A stretch of DNA of 27,304 nt from Oligoflexus sp. (GTDB lineage: Bacteria; Bdellovibrionota_B; Oligoflexia; Oligoflexales; Oligoflexaceae), in contig JBGSTX010000053.1 in NCBI GenBank assembly GCA_041736305.1, positions 1 to 27,304 of the forward strand. The letters are read 5' to 3'. A model generated the notes under the pieces. It made no database searches. It saw nothing but the letters and a program-made list of their open reading frames with translations, and had not been told where the DNA came from. This document shows positions 7,411 to 18,460 of the stretch, one piece after another (position 1 is the stretch's first letter; each line of letters begins with the position of its first letter). The translations under genes were made by a program, and so were the position numbers.

Positions 7411-8391
7411 ATGGGCAAGATCCAACACCTCTTTATTATCGATCCTATCGAAACCCTCAACCTGAAGCTGGATTCTAGCCTCAGAATGGCCAGGGCTCTG
7501 CGTAACATTGGCCACGAAGTGGCTCTCTGCACCCCAAGCCAAATCGAATGGCTAAGTCGCGATTCGAGCGCAGCTTGCTTCAGCCAGGACTTACGTTTTG
7601 GAAACCATGACATCAACTCTTTACAATTGGGTACGACCCAAAGGCGAAGACTCGATCAGTTCACCGCTATCCATATGCGGAAAGATCCTCCCTACGATCT
7701 GCATTATATTGCCTGTACATGGCTGCTCGATAGCGCTGTGGCCCGTGGCGTGAGAGTCTTTAATGCACCCGCGGCGTTAAGAAACCTCAACGAAAAGCTC
7801 AGCATCTTTCGTTTTCCGGAGGCTATTAACGAGGGACTCGTATCATCTCAGCCTGATCAGTTTCTGGCTTTTCTGGATGATGCGGCGCAGGGAGATGCGA
7901 TTCTCAAGCCTCTCACGCTGTTTGGGGGGCGCGGAGTTCTACGCCTCTGCAGGCAGCAGATGGGCGATGAGCAGATTCGCCATATTTTAAACGAAGAAAC
8001 GCGGCACGGTGAAGATATGCGTCTGATGCAACCTTTCGACCGGCGCATTTTTGAAGGAGAAGTTCGAGCTTTTACGGCCGGTGGACAAGCTGTTTCTTGG
8101 TGCGTGAAAAAGCCTCAAGGCGGAAATTTTTTAGCGAATACCCGCTCGGGGGCGACGATCGAACCCTACAAGCCTTCGCCTAGCGACCTTATACTAGTCA
8201 CAAATATTGCAGAAAAACTCTATGAAGAAGGCGTTTTCTTTGTGGGTTTCGATGTCATAGGTGGTTTTGTCTCAGAGATTAACATAACTAGCCCAAGGCT
8301 TCTCCATGCGGCTCAAGATACCCGAGACTATTATGCTGATCTCGCCAAGATGATTGAGAGTGAGCTGCAGCTTAAAAAAATATATCCATAA
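7411..8391 (+). CDS. gshB: Glutathione synthetase (prokaryotic ATP-grasp type)
   Basis: IDPIETLNLKLDSS, MRKDPP, LRNLNEKL, ILKPL..GGRGV and GFDVIG..SEINITSP. Confidence 0.85.
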   Translation: MGKIQHLFIIDPIETLNLKLDSSLRMARALRNIGHEVALCTPSQIEWLSRDSSAACFSQDLRFGNHDINSLQLGTTQRRRLDQFTAIHMRKDPPYDLHYIACTWLLDSAVARGVRVFNAPAALRNLNEKLSIFRFPEAINEGLVSSQPDQFLAFLDDAAQGDAILKPLTLFGGRGVLRLCRQQMGDEQIRHILNEETRHGEDMRLMQPFDRRIFEGEVRAFTAGGQAVSWCVKKPQGGNFLANTRSGATIEPYKPSPSDLILVTNIAEKLYEEGVFFVGFDVIGGFVSEINITSPRLLHAAQDTRDYYADLAKMIESELQLKKIYP

Positions 8392-8415
8392 TTTTAGTTA
8401 GTTAAAATAATTTCG

Positions 8416-8442
8416 TAAAGCCCGGGTCAGAGCTTCCGAATC
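8416..8442 (+). promoter_or_regulatory. sigma28 (FliA)-like promoter
   Basis: TAAA-N15-TCCGAATC, about 40 nt upstream of the LysM gene start. Confidence 0.35.
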
Positions 8443-8481
8443 GTCATCCCAGTAATACTTGGCTAACTCAGGGGTGATATA

Positions 8482-9447
8482 GTGAAAACGTTGCGAAACA
8501 TAATCCGGGCAGGCGCTCTCTCTGCTATTCTACTCTCCACCAGCTGCACCAGCAGCGATAGTGCCACAGTAGACGAAATTGTCGACGAATCTTCTGATAA
8601 TCAAATTAGTTCTCAAGAGCCCGAAGAAGCTCCTGCTAGTCCTGACATTCCTTCGCCTGCTGACGTTTCGAAAGAAGTCGCTGGGGCCTCTGGAACGATG
8701 GCTGACAGTGGCTCGGTCGATTCCGGCAGCCCTACTTCGATTCAAGATCTTCCGCAAGATCAGCAGGGGGTTGACTCAATAAATCAAGCCGAAGACAACA
8801 GTGTGTCGGGTTTGTCCAGCGGTTCTCTCGATCAGGTTAGTCCTGACGTTCCGCCTCCTCCTTCTCTTTCAGAAATCGTAGGGGACCAGGAACCGATGGG
8901 TTCCGATAACGAAACCCCCGACGCCCTTTCGCCCGCTCCTGAGAAAAAAGTGAAGAATCACGGCAAAAAGATTCGGAAGAACAAAAAGGCCAAAATGCAA
9001 GATGCTTCGCGTAGCACGCAAGGCAGTGGCGACTCTAAGGTTTATATTGTCCAACCCGGCGACACTCTCGGGTCAATCGCCAGAGTGATCTATGGCTCAA
9101 GCCGCCGTTGGCATTCCATCGCCCGTACGAATCAACTGTCACACAGTACTAGAATCTATCCTGGAGACATGCTTCGCTACGATGCCGACGCCGATTCATC
9201 AAGTTTCGATGCTGAATGGCAAAGCCTCCCGCAGAGCAGCGTTTCGGTCCGAAAGTCGGATACTCTGTCTTCGATCGCAGCTCGCATTATGGGCAATTCA
9301 CAGTACTGGAAACTGATCTGGCGCTGGAATGAGGATACTCTCAGTAACCCTCACCGCATCTCTCCCGGCACCCAACTTAAATACGTTAAACCTCAGGATT
9401 TGACGGCGTTTCTTACCGAACGTAAAAACCGGGAACTAGCTCACTAG
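8482..9447 (+). CDS. Lipoprotein with acidic disordered linker and two C-terminal LysM domains
   Basis: Lipobox-like LSTSC. LysM repeats YIVQPGDTLGSIA...IYPG and VRKSDTLSSIA...NPHRISPG. S/D/P-rich N-terminal region. Confidence 0.85.
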   Translation: MKTLRNIIRAGALSAILLSTSCTSSDSATVDEIVDESSDNQISSQEPEEAPASPDIPSPADVSKEVAGASGTMADSGSVDSGSPTSIQDLPQDQQGVDSINQAEDNSVSGLSSGSLDQVSPDVPPPPSLSEIVGDQEPMGSDNETPDALSPAPEKKVKNHGKKIRKNKKAKMQDASRSTQGSGDSKVYIVQPGDTLGSIARVIYGSSRRWHSIARTNQLSHSTRIYPGDMLRYDADADSSSFDAEWQSLPQSSVSVRKSDTLSSIAARIMGNSQYWKLIWRWNEDTLSNPHRISPGTQLKYVKPQDLTAFLTERKNRELAH

Positions 9448-9491
9448 ACGAGAGCTTATTCTCCATCCTTTTCGATATATCCAGGAGTCTC

Positions 9492-9519
9492 TCAAGTTGT
9501 GGGGTCACATTCACGATAA
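9492..9519 (+). promoter_or_regulatory. sigma28-like promoter (weak match)
   Basis: TCAA-N16-CACGATAA upstream of the metalloprotease RBS (AGGAGG). Confidence 0.3.
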
Positions 9520-9553
9520 GACCTGAGAGACAAGAGGATCAGGAGGATGCAAA

Positions 9554-10423
9554 ATGAGCGCGCTTACGAATTACCTTGGTGGAATTTCAGCTATCTTTCT
9601 GACATTTGGTAGTTTTATAGCCTGCGGAACCCAGATGTATAAAGTATCGGTCGCTGAGGACTTCGATTCAAAGCGGTCCGAAGCAGCCCATCCTGCTTCT
9701 GCAGACAAGAATTCCAGCCTCTACGGTATCCACGCTCCCTCCGGCTGGGCCAAATTGCCTGTAGATTTTCGATTTTCTCCTGAAATGGATCCAACCCAGC
9801 GCGTTCAGCTGATGGCTGCAATGAAGAAATGGGAATGGGCGGTAGGACAAAAACTCTTTGCTTATGCCGGCGAACACACGGGCATCGTCGGTGACTCGTT
9901 CAAAGACCTTTATTCTTCTTTGCTGGATGACGTTAACGGGCATTACCTAGACGAACATTGGGCGAAAACTAACAAGCCTGACCATGTACTTGCTACAACG
10001 ATTTGGAATAACGCCCATGACTTCTCCCTCATAAGCAAAGCAGATATCCGCTTTAACAGCCAGCACTACCTAATAGGCGATAGTTTTGAACTGAAGGCGA
10101 CGGCAGAACGTGAGGTAGTTGATATGCAATCGCTTGCCCTCCACGAACTAGGTCACCTACTAGGTCTAGCCCATACTGACGATGAAGTTGATTCGCTCTC
10201 GATAATGAATCCATCGCTCTACATCGGTGAAGGCCTTAGCTCGAGAAAACTCTCGCGCGGTGATTTAGAACGCATTCACCTTATTTACGGCTGCCATGGT
10301 AGAGCCTGCGATATCGATGCACTTCTACAGGAACAAGAGAGCGTAGACTGGGGCAAGCTAACCTTGTCGGCAAAGCGTTGGATGGAATCAGAGGGTCAGT
10401 CTCCCGAACTCAACTTCAACTGA
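9554..10423 (+). CDS. Matrixin-like (M10, metzincin) zinc metalloprotease, probable lipoprotein
   Basis: HELGHLLGLAH (HExxHxxGxxH), Met-turn SIMNP, ADIRFN and lipobox-like FIAC. Confidence 0.9.
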   Translation: MSALTNYLGGISAIFLTFGSFIACGTQMYKVSVAEDFDSKRSEAAHPASADKNSSLYGIHAPSGWAKLPVDFRFSPEMDPTQRVQLMAAMKKWEWAVGQKLFAYAGEHTGIVGDSFKDLYSSLLDDVNGHYLDEHWAKTNKPDHVLATTIWNNAHDFSLISKADIRFNSQHYLIGDSFELKATAEREVVDMQSLALHELGHLLGLAHTDDEVDSLSIMNPSLYIGEGLSSRKLSRGDLERIHLIYGCHGRACDIDALLQEQESVDWGKLTLSAKRWMESEGQSPELNFN

Positions 10424-10450
10424 ATTTTTCCAGTCAAAAAGACCTTCTAC

Positions 10451-10480
10451 GAGCTCGCGAAAGCGGGCTTTCTCTCCTTT
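10451..10480 (+). terminator. Probable intrinsic terminator
   Basis: GAGCTCGC-GAAA-GCGGGCTT followed by TCTCTCCTTT. Confidence 0.55.
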
Positions 10481-10579
10481 AAACACTCAAGCCCATAACC
10501 AAATAATGATCGACGAGGCCTGGCGCAGAACCTATATTGATTGGCACCCACAAGGCATGCCTAAAGGAGCCCGTCATAC

Positions 10580-13243
<2,664 letters not shown>

Positions 13244-13262
13244 AAATTTTTATTAACTCCAC

Positions 13263-13288
13263 GCCTGCTCAATGTCTGAGCAGGCTTT
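13263..13288 (+). terminator. Probable intrinsic terminator of valS
   Basis: GCCTGCTCA-ATGTC-TGAGCAGGC (9-bp stem) followed by TTT. Confidence 0.6.
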
Positions 13289-13706
13289 CCCCCCCTTCTG
13301 AATTGCGCAATTAGAAATAGATTTCTTCAGATTTTCTATCTTCTTTAAAATACCTGTCACGTCATTCATCAATAACTTTGCGGTACGTGGCTTTCGTGAA
13401 AAGATCATTCTGTTCGGCAGTCTGTGCCGAGCTTTCAAGCTTAGGATCGTTTACGTGCCTATGAACGCGCATCGTTCATATCCATGCTACTTCTTTCATC
13501 AGCTACGAATTTGCTGCGAATGATTCCAGTTAGTGGTCTTTCGTATTTACACAAACCCATGACAGGTCTATCAAGGATCCATCGCCTTCCCTCGAATTTT
13601 CGCGGGATAAAAATTTGCTTCCTTTAGTACGGAATTTCGTTTTTCAGTAAGCTTTCGGCGGTTTCATCAGTTGGTGACGATTCACTTTTCCATTTAGGAG
13701 AGCACG

Positions 13707-15833
13707 ATGAAAATGACAAAGCACCTTGCTATCGGACTTGCTATCACTTTTGGATTGGTCGCGTGCAGCAGGGATTCCCAAAAATCCGAGGCGCCCCAGG
13801 CGATTGATATAGGCAGATCATTAGGTAGTACCGCGGCCAACACTGACGCAAATACTGATCTTAGTGAAAAATTCACCATCATGTCAGATGCAGAAAGACA
13901 GAACTTAGAAAATGAAATCAGTACTTTAAAGGGCAATATTCTACAGAAAAAAACTGATATCCAAGACCTGCAAAAACAAATAGTCGACCAACCCGAGAAT
14001 GAGTCGAAGCTGCAAACCAGCTACAAAGAACTCGTTAGCTCGCTTGACGACTTAATAAAGCAATATTCTGAGAGAAGAACAATTCTCGTTGAGGATGATA
14101 TTCAGAAGGACCTTTATCAATTACTCCAGGATGAAGGACTTGCATCACTCGATCAGTTGCCCCAAACTTTTACTAAGGTAAAGGCGAATGTAAACCAAGA
14201 GATAGAGCAAGCTAAAGGCCAAGAAGGTCCGCTCCAAGCGCAAATGTCACAGGCGGAGACACAGTTCAAGTATTCCGTGTCTAACCTACAAAATCTTGAG
14301 ATGACGCTCAGAACAAGGGCTGACGGTCTTAAAGCGCAAGGCTCCTTAGCTCCAGCTCAAGAGGAAGAGCTAATTGCTATCCAAAGTTATCTAGAAGCCG
14401 CGAGCAAAAGGAGTGAGCTCGAGGGCAAAGCGATGGCTATGGACCAGGATATCAAACAGTTAAAGGATGCCATTTATCTATCTCAGCATGAAATGGCGGG
14501 AATACAAGCTCAGTTCATTGAAGCCAAGATGGCCCTTGAAAAAATAGAAGCATCTGCGGAAGATGCTCGGGCGGAAGCACAGGAAAAAGTCTCGAAGCTT
14601 GAAAGTGAACTTGCCAGGCTTGACCTGAACCAAGAACTTGATATGAGCAAACTTCAGAAGAGCCAAGATATATTTGATCAAACTCGCCTGGATTATTCCA
14701 CGGCTGTCAAAAACTTAGAAGAAGCCAGAGCAAAACTCTCACCGCTGACACCAGAAGTGACAGCGGATGCTTCGTTCGATCAAATGAAGGAAGCACAAGA
14801 CAGCCTCGATGCTCTGCATGAACAGGAGGCCAAATGGTATAGCGAGATCAATGGTTTAAAAGTAAATTTGGATAAAATTGAAGTATTAGAAACTTACTAC
14901 CAAGCACGCTTCACCGGAGGATCTGTAGAACAAACCCCGACTACAGAGCAGCAGACCCCAGTTGTACAGCAGACTCCAGCTACAGAGCAGCAAACCCCAG
15001 CGGTGCAGCAAACCCCATCTGCAGAGCAAAAAAGTCCTAGTACTAAACCGCAAGAGCCCACTGTAGAGCAAAAGGCGCCTAAAACTCAGCAAGTCCCTCA
15101 AACCCAAGAAACACCTTTGCCGCAGCAAACAGCTCCGGTAAACCAGCAAAAACCAACCCCAGAAAAACAAACCACAACATCTGAAGTGCAGGCACCGGTA
15201 ACTCAGCAGCAAAAGCCAACCACCGAGCAGCAGGCACCAGTAGCCCAACAGCAGCCAGCCACCGAGCAGCAGGCACCAGTAGCCCAACAGCAAAAGCCAA
15301 CCACCGAGCAGCAGGCACCAGTAGCCCAACAGCAAAAGCCAACCACCGAGCAGCAGGCACCAGTAGCCCAACAGCAGCCAGCTACCGAGCAGCAGGCACC
15401 AGTAGCCCAACAGCAAAAGCCAACCACCGAGCAGCAGGCACCAGTAGCCCAACAGCAGCCAGCCACTGAGCAGCAGGCACCAGTAGCCCAACAGCAGCCA
15501 GCCACTGAGCAACAGGCACCAGTAGCCCAACAGCAGCCAGCCACTGAGCAGCAGGCACCAGTAGCCCAACAGCAGCCAGCCACTGAGCAACAGGCACCAG
15601 TAGCTCAGCAGCAGCCAGTTGGATCACCTGTTCAGAAATCGCCTGGAACTGATGAGGAAACCCCCTCAGAAAGTGCTGAGCCGCCCGTACAAGATGAAGT
15701 AATAATCGTGGAGCAAGAATCTACCAAAAAAGACGAAACCATTCAGATTCAAGAGGACAGCACAGCTCCAGTGCAAACGACAGCTGCCGCTCCCGCTCAA
15801 TCGTCTCAGCAGATCGGAATAATGTCACTATGA
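13707..15833 (+). CDS. Lipoprotein with long coiled coil and Q/P/A/T-rich repeat tail
   Basis: AGGAG RBS and lipobox LVAC. Heptad-like E/Q/L/K-rich region at about aa 60-400, then a low-complexity repeat C-terminus. Confidence 0.85.
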   Translation: MKMTKHLAIGLAITFGLVACSRDSQKSEAPQAIDIGRSLGSTAANTDANTDLSEKFTIMSDAERQNLENEISTLKGNILQKKTDIQDLQKQIVDQPENESKLQTSYKELVSSLDDLIKQYSERRTILVEDDIQKDLYQLLQDEGLASLDQLPQTFTKVKANVNQEIEQAKGQEGPLQAQMSQAETQFKYSVSNLQNLEMTLRTRADGLKAQGSLAPAQEEELIAIQSYLEAASKRSELEGKAMAMDQDIKQLKDAIYLSQHEMAGIQAQFIEAKMALEKIEASAEDARAEAQEKVSKLESELARLDLNQELDMSKLQKSQDIFDQTRLDYSTAVKNLEEARAKLSPLTPEVTADASFDQMKEAQDSLDALHEQEAKWYSEINGLKVNLDKIEVLETYYQARFTGGSVEQTPTTEQQTPVVQQTPATEQQTPAVQQTPSAEQKSPSTKPQEPTVEQKAPKTQQVPQTQETPLPQQTAPVNQQKPTPEKQTTTSEVQAPVTQQQKPTTEQQAPVAQQQPATEQQAPVAQQQKPTTEQQAPVAQQQKPTTEQQAPVAQQQPATEQQAPVAQQQKPTTEQQAPVAQQQPATEQQAPVAQQQPATEQQAPVAQQQPATEQQAPVAQQQPATEQQAPVAQQQPVGSPVQKSPGTDEETPSESAEPPVQDEVIIVEQESTKKDETIQIQEDSTAPVQTTAAAPAQSSQQIGIMSL
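15204..15605 (+). repeat. In-frame coding tandem repeat, 10 units (4 x 42 bp QQQKPTTEQQAPVA and 6 x 39 bp QQQPATEQQAPVA)
   Basis: Counted directly, in the order K,P,K,K,P,K,P,P,P,P. Degenerate 39-bp copies lie at about 14928-15030. Confidence 0.95.
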
Positions 15834-15867
15834 CACCATTCAAAGCATTAGATTCGTTCTAATAGAG

Positions 15868-15892
15868 AGTGGGGACGTACGTCTCCCACTTT
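15868..15892 (+). terminator. Probable terminator hairpin
   Basis: AGTGGG-GAC-GTAC-GTC-T-CCCACT followed by TT, about 35 nt after the stop codon. Confidence 0.5.
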
Positions 15893-15942
15893 CGACTTTA
15901 AGAAGATCCGGATAAGTTGGCTGGTACTTCGCCTCTTAAGCT

Positions 15943-16566
15943 GTGATAGTCTCGGAACAGACTATCCGAAAAGCAGTTCATGATAGGGGGGTACCAGTGT
16001 CGGTTCGACGAGCCTTAGCGATTGTTGCGACTCTCATTTTTTGTGGGATAGCTGCAGTTTACTTAGTTGCGGCTCGCAAGCCTGACCATTACCAAATTGT
16101 TCGGCATGTTCAGATTAACGCAAGCCCCGAACTAATCTTTGAATGGATAGGATTTTTTCCACGCTGGGAGCACTGGTCGCCCTGGAAGTATCGGGATCCA
16201 AGTATCGTAAATCGATTTGAAGGGCCTGAATTTGGCATAGGGTCGAAACTCATTTGGACTAGTAAAAAGAGCGGATCAGGTGAATTTGAGTTCGTCGCCT
16301 ATGAACCAAATTCTAAGGTTCGCTATAGCCTGATCTTTCGTGATTGGGCTTCGACAAGTGAAGGTGAGATCAGTTTGCAGGAACTCCGCAAAGGCTATAC
16401 CGACGTAAGCTGGAAAATTGAAGGCAAAAATTCAATTGCTACCAAAGTCCTTTGGACAGTTTTTGGGATGGAAAAGGCTATGGCGGCAGATTTCGACCTA
16501 GGGCTTTCACTTTTAAAGGCGAAATGCGAAGCCAAACAGTCAGCAGGCGTCCAAAGAATCCACTAA
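15943..16566 (+). CDS. SRPBCC (polyketide cyclase/START-like) protein with N-terminal membrane anchor
   Basis: RHVQINASPELIF, WEHWSPW..DP, GIGSKLIW, G.GEFE, TDVSW and DFDLGLSLLK. The true start may be GTG 15997. Confidence 0.85.
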   Translation: MIVSEQTIRKAVHDRGVPVSVRRALAIVATLIFCGIAAVYLVAARKPDHYQIVRHVQINASPELIFEWIGFFPRWEHWSPWKYRDPSIVNRFEGPEFGIGSKLIWTSKKSGSGEFEFVAYEPNSKVRYSLIFRDWASTSEGEISLQELRKGYTDVSWKIEGKNSIATKVLWTVFGMEKAMAADFDLGLSLLKAKCEAKQSAGVQRIH

Positions 16567-17784
16567 GATGCTCAGGACACTTTCCCACTCTTCCTCACGC
16601 AAATTAAGGGCAGGTGTTAGGGCCAAACCCTGACCTTCCATCCCATTTGCTAAAGCTATAACGCCGTGAGCACGTAAAATATCCATCCAGCGCGCTCCCT
16701 GACCTGGATTTCTCAATTCGATTCCTGTCATCAAGCCAAGGCCACGAATATCAAGTAGTAGAGGATGGTCGCCCAGAGCCTTCTTGAGATCATTACGCAT
16801 GCGCTCACCAAAGCTCAGCGCTCGCTGCGCAAGTCTTTCATTCCGGATCGCTTGCAAAGTCGCCAGACCCAAGCGGCAACTCAGGGGATGTCCAAAAAAG
16901 GTGCCCGTGTGGATAGCCTCACCCTGGTTTTCAGGCCAGGCATCCATAACTTCTTTGCGACCAAAACACGCCGAAAGTGGCAAACCACCGCCAAGTGCCT
17001 TGCCCAGGCAGAGGAGATCGCATGGAATATCTTCGGCAAAGCTCATCTGGCCCGTTCGGCCAAGACCAGTGTAGATTTCATCGAAAATCAGCAAAACCCC
17101 TTCTGCATGGCAGAGTTCGGCCAGCTCCTTCAACCAATCAGCCGGAGGAAAGCGTATACCCGCACGACCTTGAATTGGTTCGACGATTACTCCCGCACAA
17201 CCGTACCCTCTTCGTCGCTGCTCTTCAAACGCTGCGTAGACTGTCGCCATACTACAGCCGAAAGGCAGTTCCTCTACAAAGTGTTCCGGTATCCAGCCCT
17301 TAAAGGGAGCTTTAAAATCTCGTCGCGAAGTAAGTGGCAAAATACCTAGATCAAGGCCATGATAACTGCCTGAGAAGCTAATAAAACCGCGGTGTCCGCT
17401 GGCAATTTGCGCGGTCTTTACCGCTATTTCAACCGCCTGACCGCCACTGAGTGCAAGCGTGCCTTTCTGCAAGTGTTGCGGCAGGAGCTCCCCAAGGTAC
17501 GCCAACAACTCGATTTTAGCCTGCGACGGGTAAACGTCTCCCATGGCATGTACAGACCAGCTTTCGTCCATAGTGCTGCGGAAAACTTCTTGCTGAACCT
17601 CACTATTGTGACCAAGCGCCAGCACACCAAATCCTGCGCACATATCAATATAAGGCCGACCTTCAACATCCCAAATCGTCGAGCCTTTAGCTCTAGCAAA
17701 AACTAGCGGTGGTTTCGCCGAGATATAACTCGCGTCGCGACATTCCCATTTCTCTAAGATCTGCATCCAGTCTGAATTAAGCAT
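16540..17784 (-). CDS. Class-III PLP-dependent aminotransferase (ArgD/GabT-like; substrate unknown)
   Basis: DMCAGFGVLALGH, SYHG, EPIQGRAG, DEIYTGLGRTG, GKALGGG (PLP lysine) and TGTFFGHP. Confidence 0.93.
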   Translation of the reverse strand: MLNSDWMQILEKWECRDASYISAKPPLVFARAKGSTIWDVEGRPYIDMCAGFGVLALGHNSEVQQEVFRSTMDESWSVHAMGDVYPSQAKIELLAYLGELLPQHLQKGTLALSGGQAVEIAVKTAQIASGHRGFISFSGSYHGLDLGILPLTSRRDFKAPFKGWIPEHFVEELPFGCSMATVYAAFEEQRRRGYGCAGVIVEPIQGRAGIRFPPADWLKELAELCHAEGVLLIFDEIYTGLGRTGQMSFAEDIPCDLLCLGKALGGGLPLSACFGRKEVMDAWPENQGEAIHTGTFFGHPLSCRLGLATLQAIRNERLAQRALSFGERMRNDLKKALGDHPLLLDIRGLGLMTGIELRNPGQGARWMDILRAHGVIALANGMEGQGLALTPALNLREEEWESVLSILVDSLDAC

Positions 17785-18435
17785 TTAGACTCCCTTAGCG
17801 CGTGGATGCCAGATATACTTGTGCTGCTGGAGATTGAGGCGAACGCGGGAAAGTCTCTCATCTAGGAGCCACTGCACGAGCTGCTGCGGCTCAAGCAGGC
17901 CAAAAGCACTTGAAAACAAGATTTGAAAGCGTTCATCGAGCTTCTGCTCCCGAACCGTATCCCGTGCCCACTCGAAATCAACTCGATCAGCAATTACAAA
18001 TTTAATTTCATCTGAAGGTTTGAGAAAATTCAAGTTAGACCATAGGTTGCGCTCAAGCATTCCGCTGCCTGGGCACTTTAGATCCATAATAATATGGGTC
18101 TCCATCGGTAGAGTATCGACAGGTTCTGAACCACTGGTCTCAATCATCACACGGTAGCCCATGCGAATAAGTTCCTCGGCTAGCAAAGGCGTAGCGCTCT
18201 GAGCCAAAGGTTCCCCACCCGTGAGTTCAACTAAGGGCAGGCCTAGATGATCGAGTTCTGCAAATATATCTTCAAATGAAAGGAGGCGGCCGCCCTTGAA
18301 GCTATAAACAGTGTCGCACCACCGACAGCGCAGAGGGCAACCGGTTAACCTGATGAAGGAACAGGGCCAACCTGCAAATGCCGCTTCCCCTTGGACACTT
18401 TTATAAATCTCAGTTATGTGTAATGAGCGTTGCAT
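17785..18435 (-). CDS. queE: 7-carboxy-7-deazaguanine synthase QueE (radical SAM)
   Basis: EIYKSVQGE, FIRLTGCPLRCRWCDT, TGGEP, ETSG, DLKCPGSG, EIKFVI and QQHKYIW. Confidence 0.88.
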   Translation of the reverse strand: MQRSLHITEIYKSVQGEAAFAGWPCSFIRLTGCPLRCRWCDTVYSFKGGRLLSFEDIFAELDHLGLPLVELTGGEPLAQSATPLLAEELIRMGYRVMIETSGSEPVDTLPMETHIIMDLKCPGSGMLERNLWSNLNFLKPSDEIKFVIADRVDFEWARDTVREQKLDERFQILFSSAFGLLEPQQLVQWLLDERLSRVRLNLQQHKYIWHPRAKGV

Positions 18436-18460
18436 GCACGATTCCCGCGGTTAGGAACTT

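Noticed and set aside
13253-13438. 61-aa minus-strand ORF after valS
   Set aside because: TTG start, no clear RBS, runs through the valS terminator and has no recognisable motif.
14886-15627. Antisense Cys/Trp/Leu-rich repeat ORFs, or a CRISPR array
   Set aside because: They are shadows of the in-frame coding repeat. The units are contiguous with no unique spacers, and there are no cas genes.
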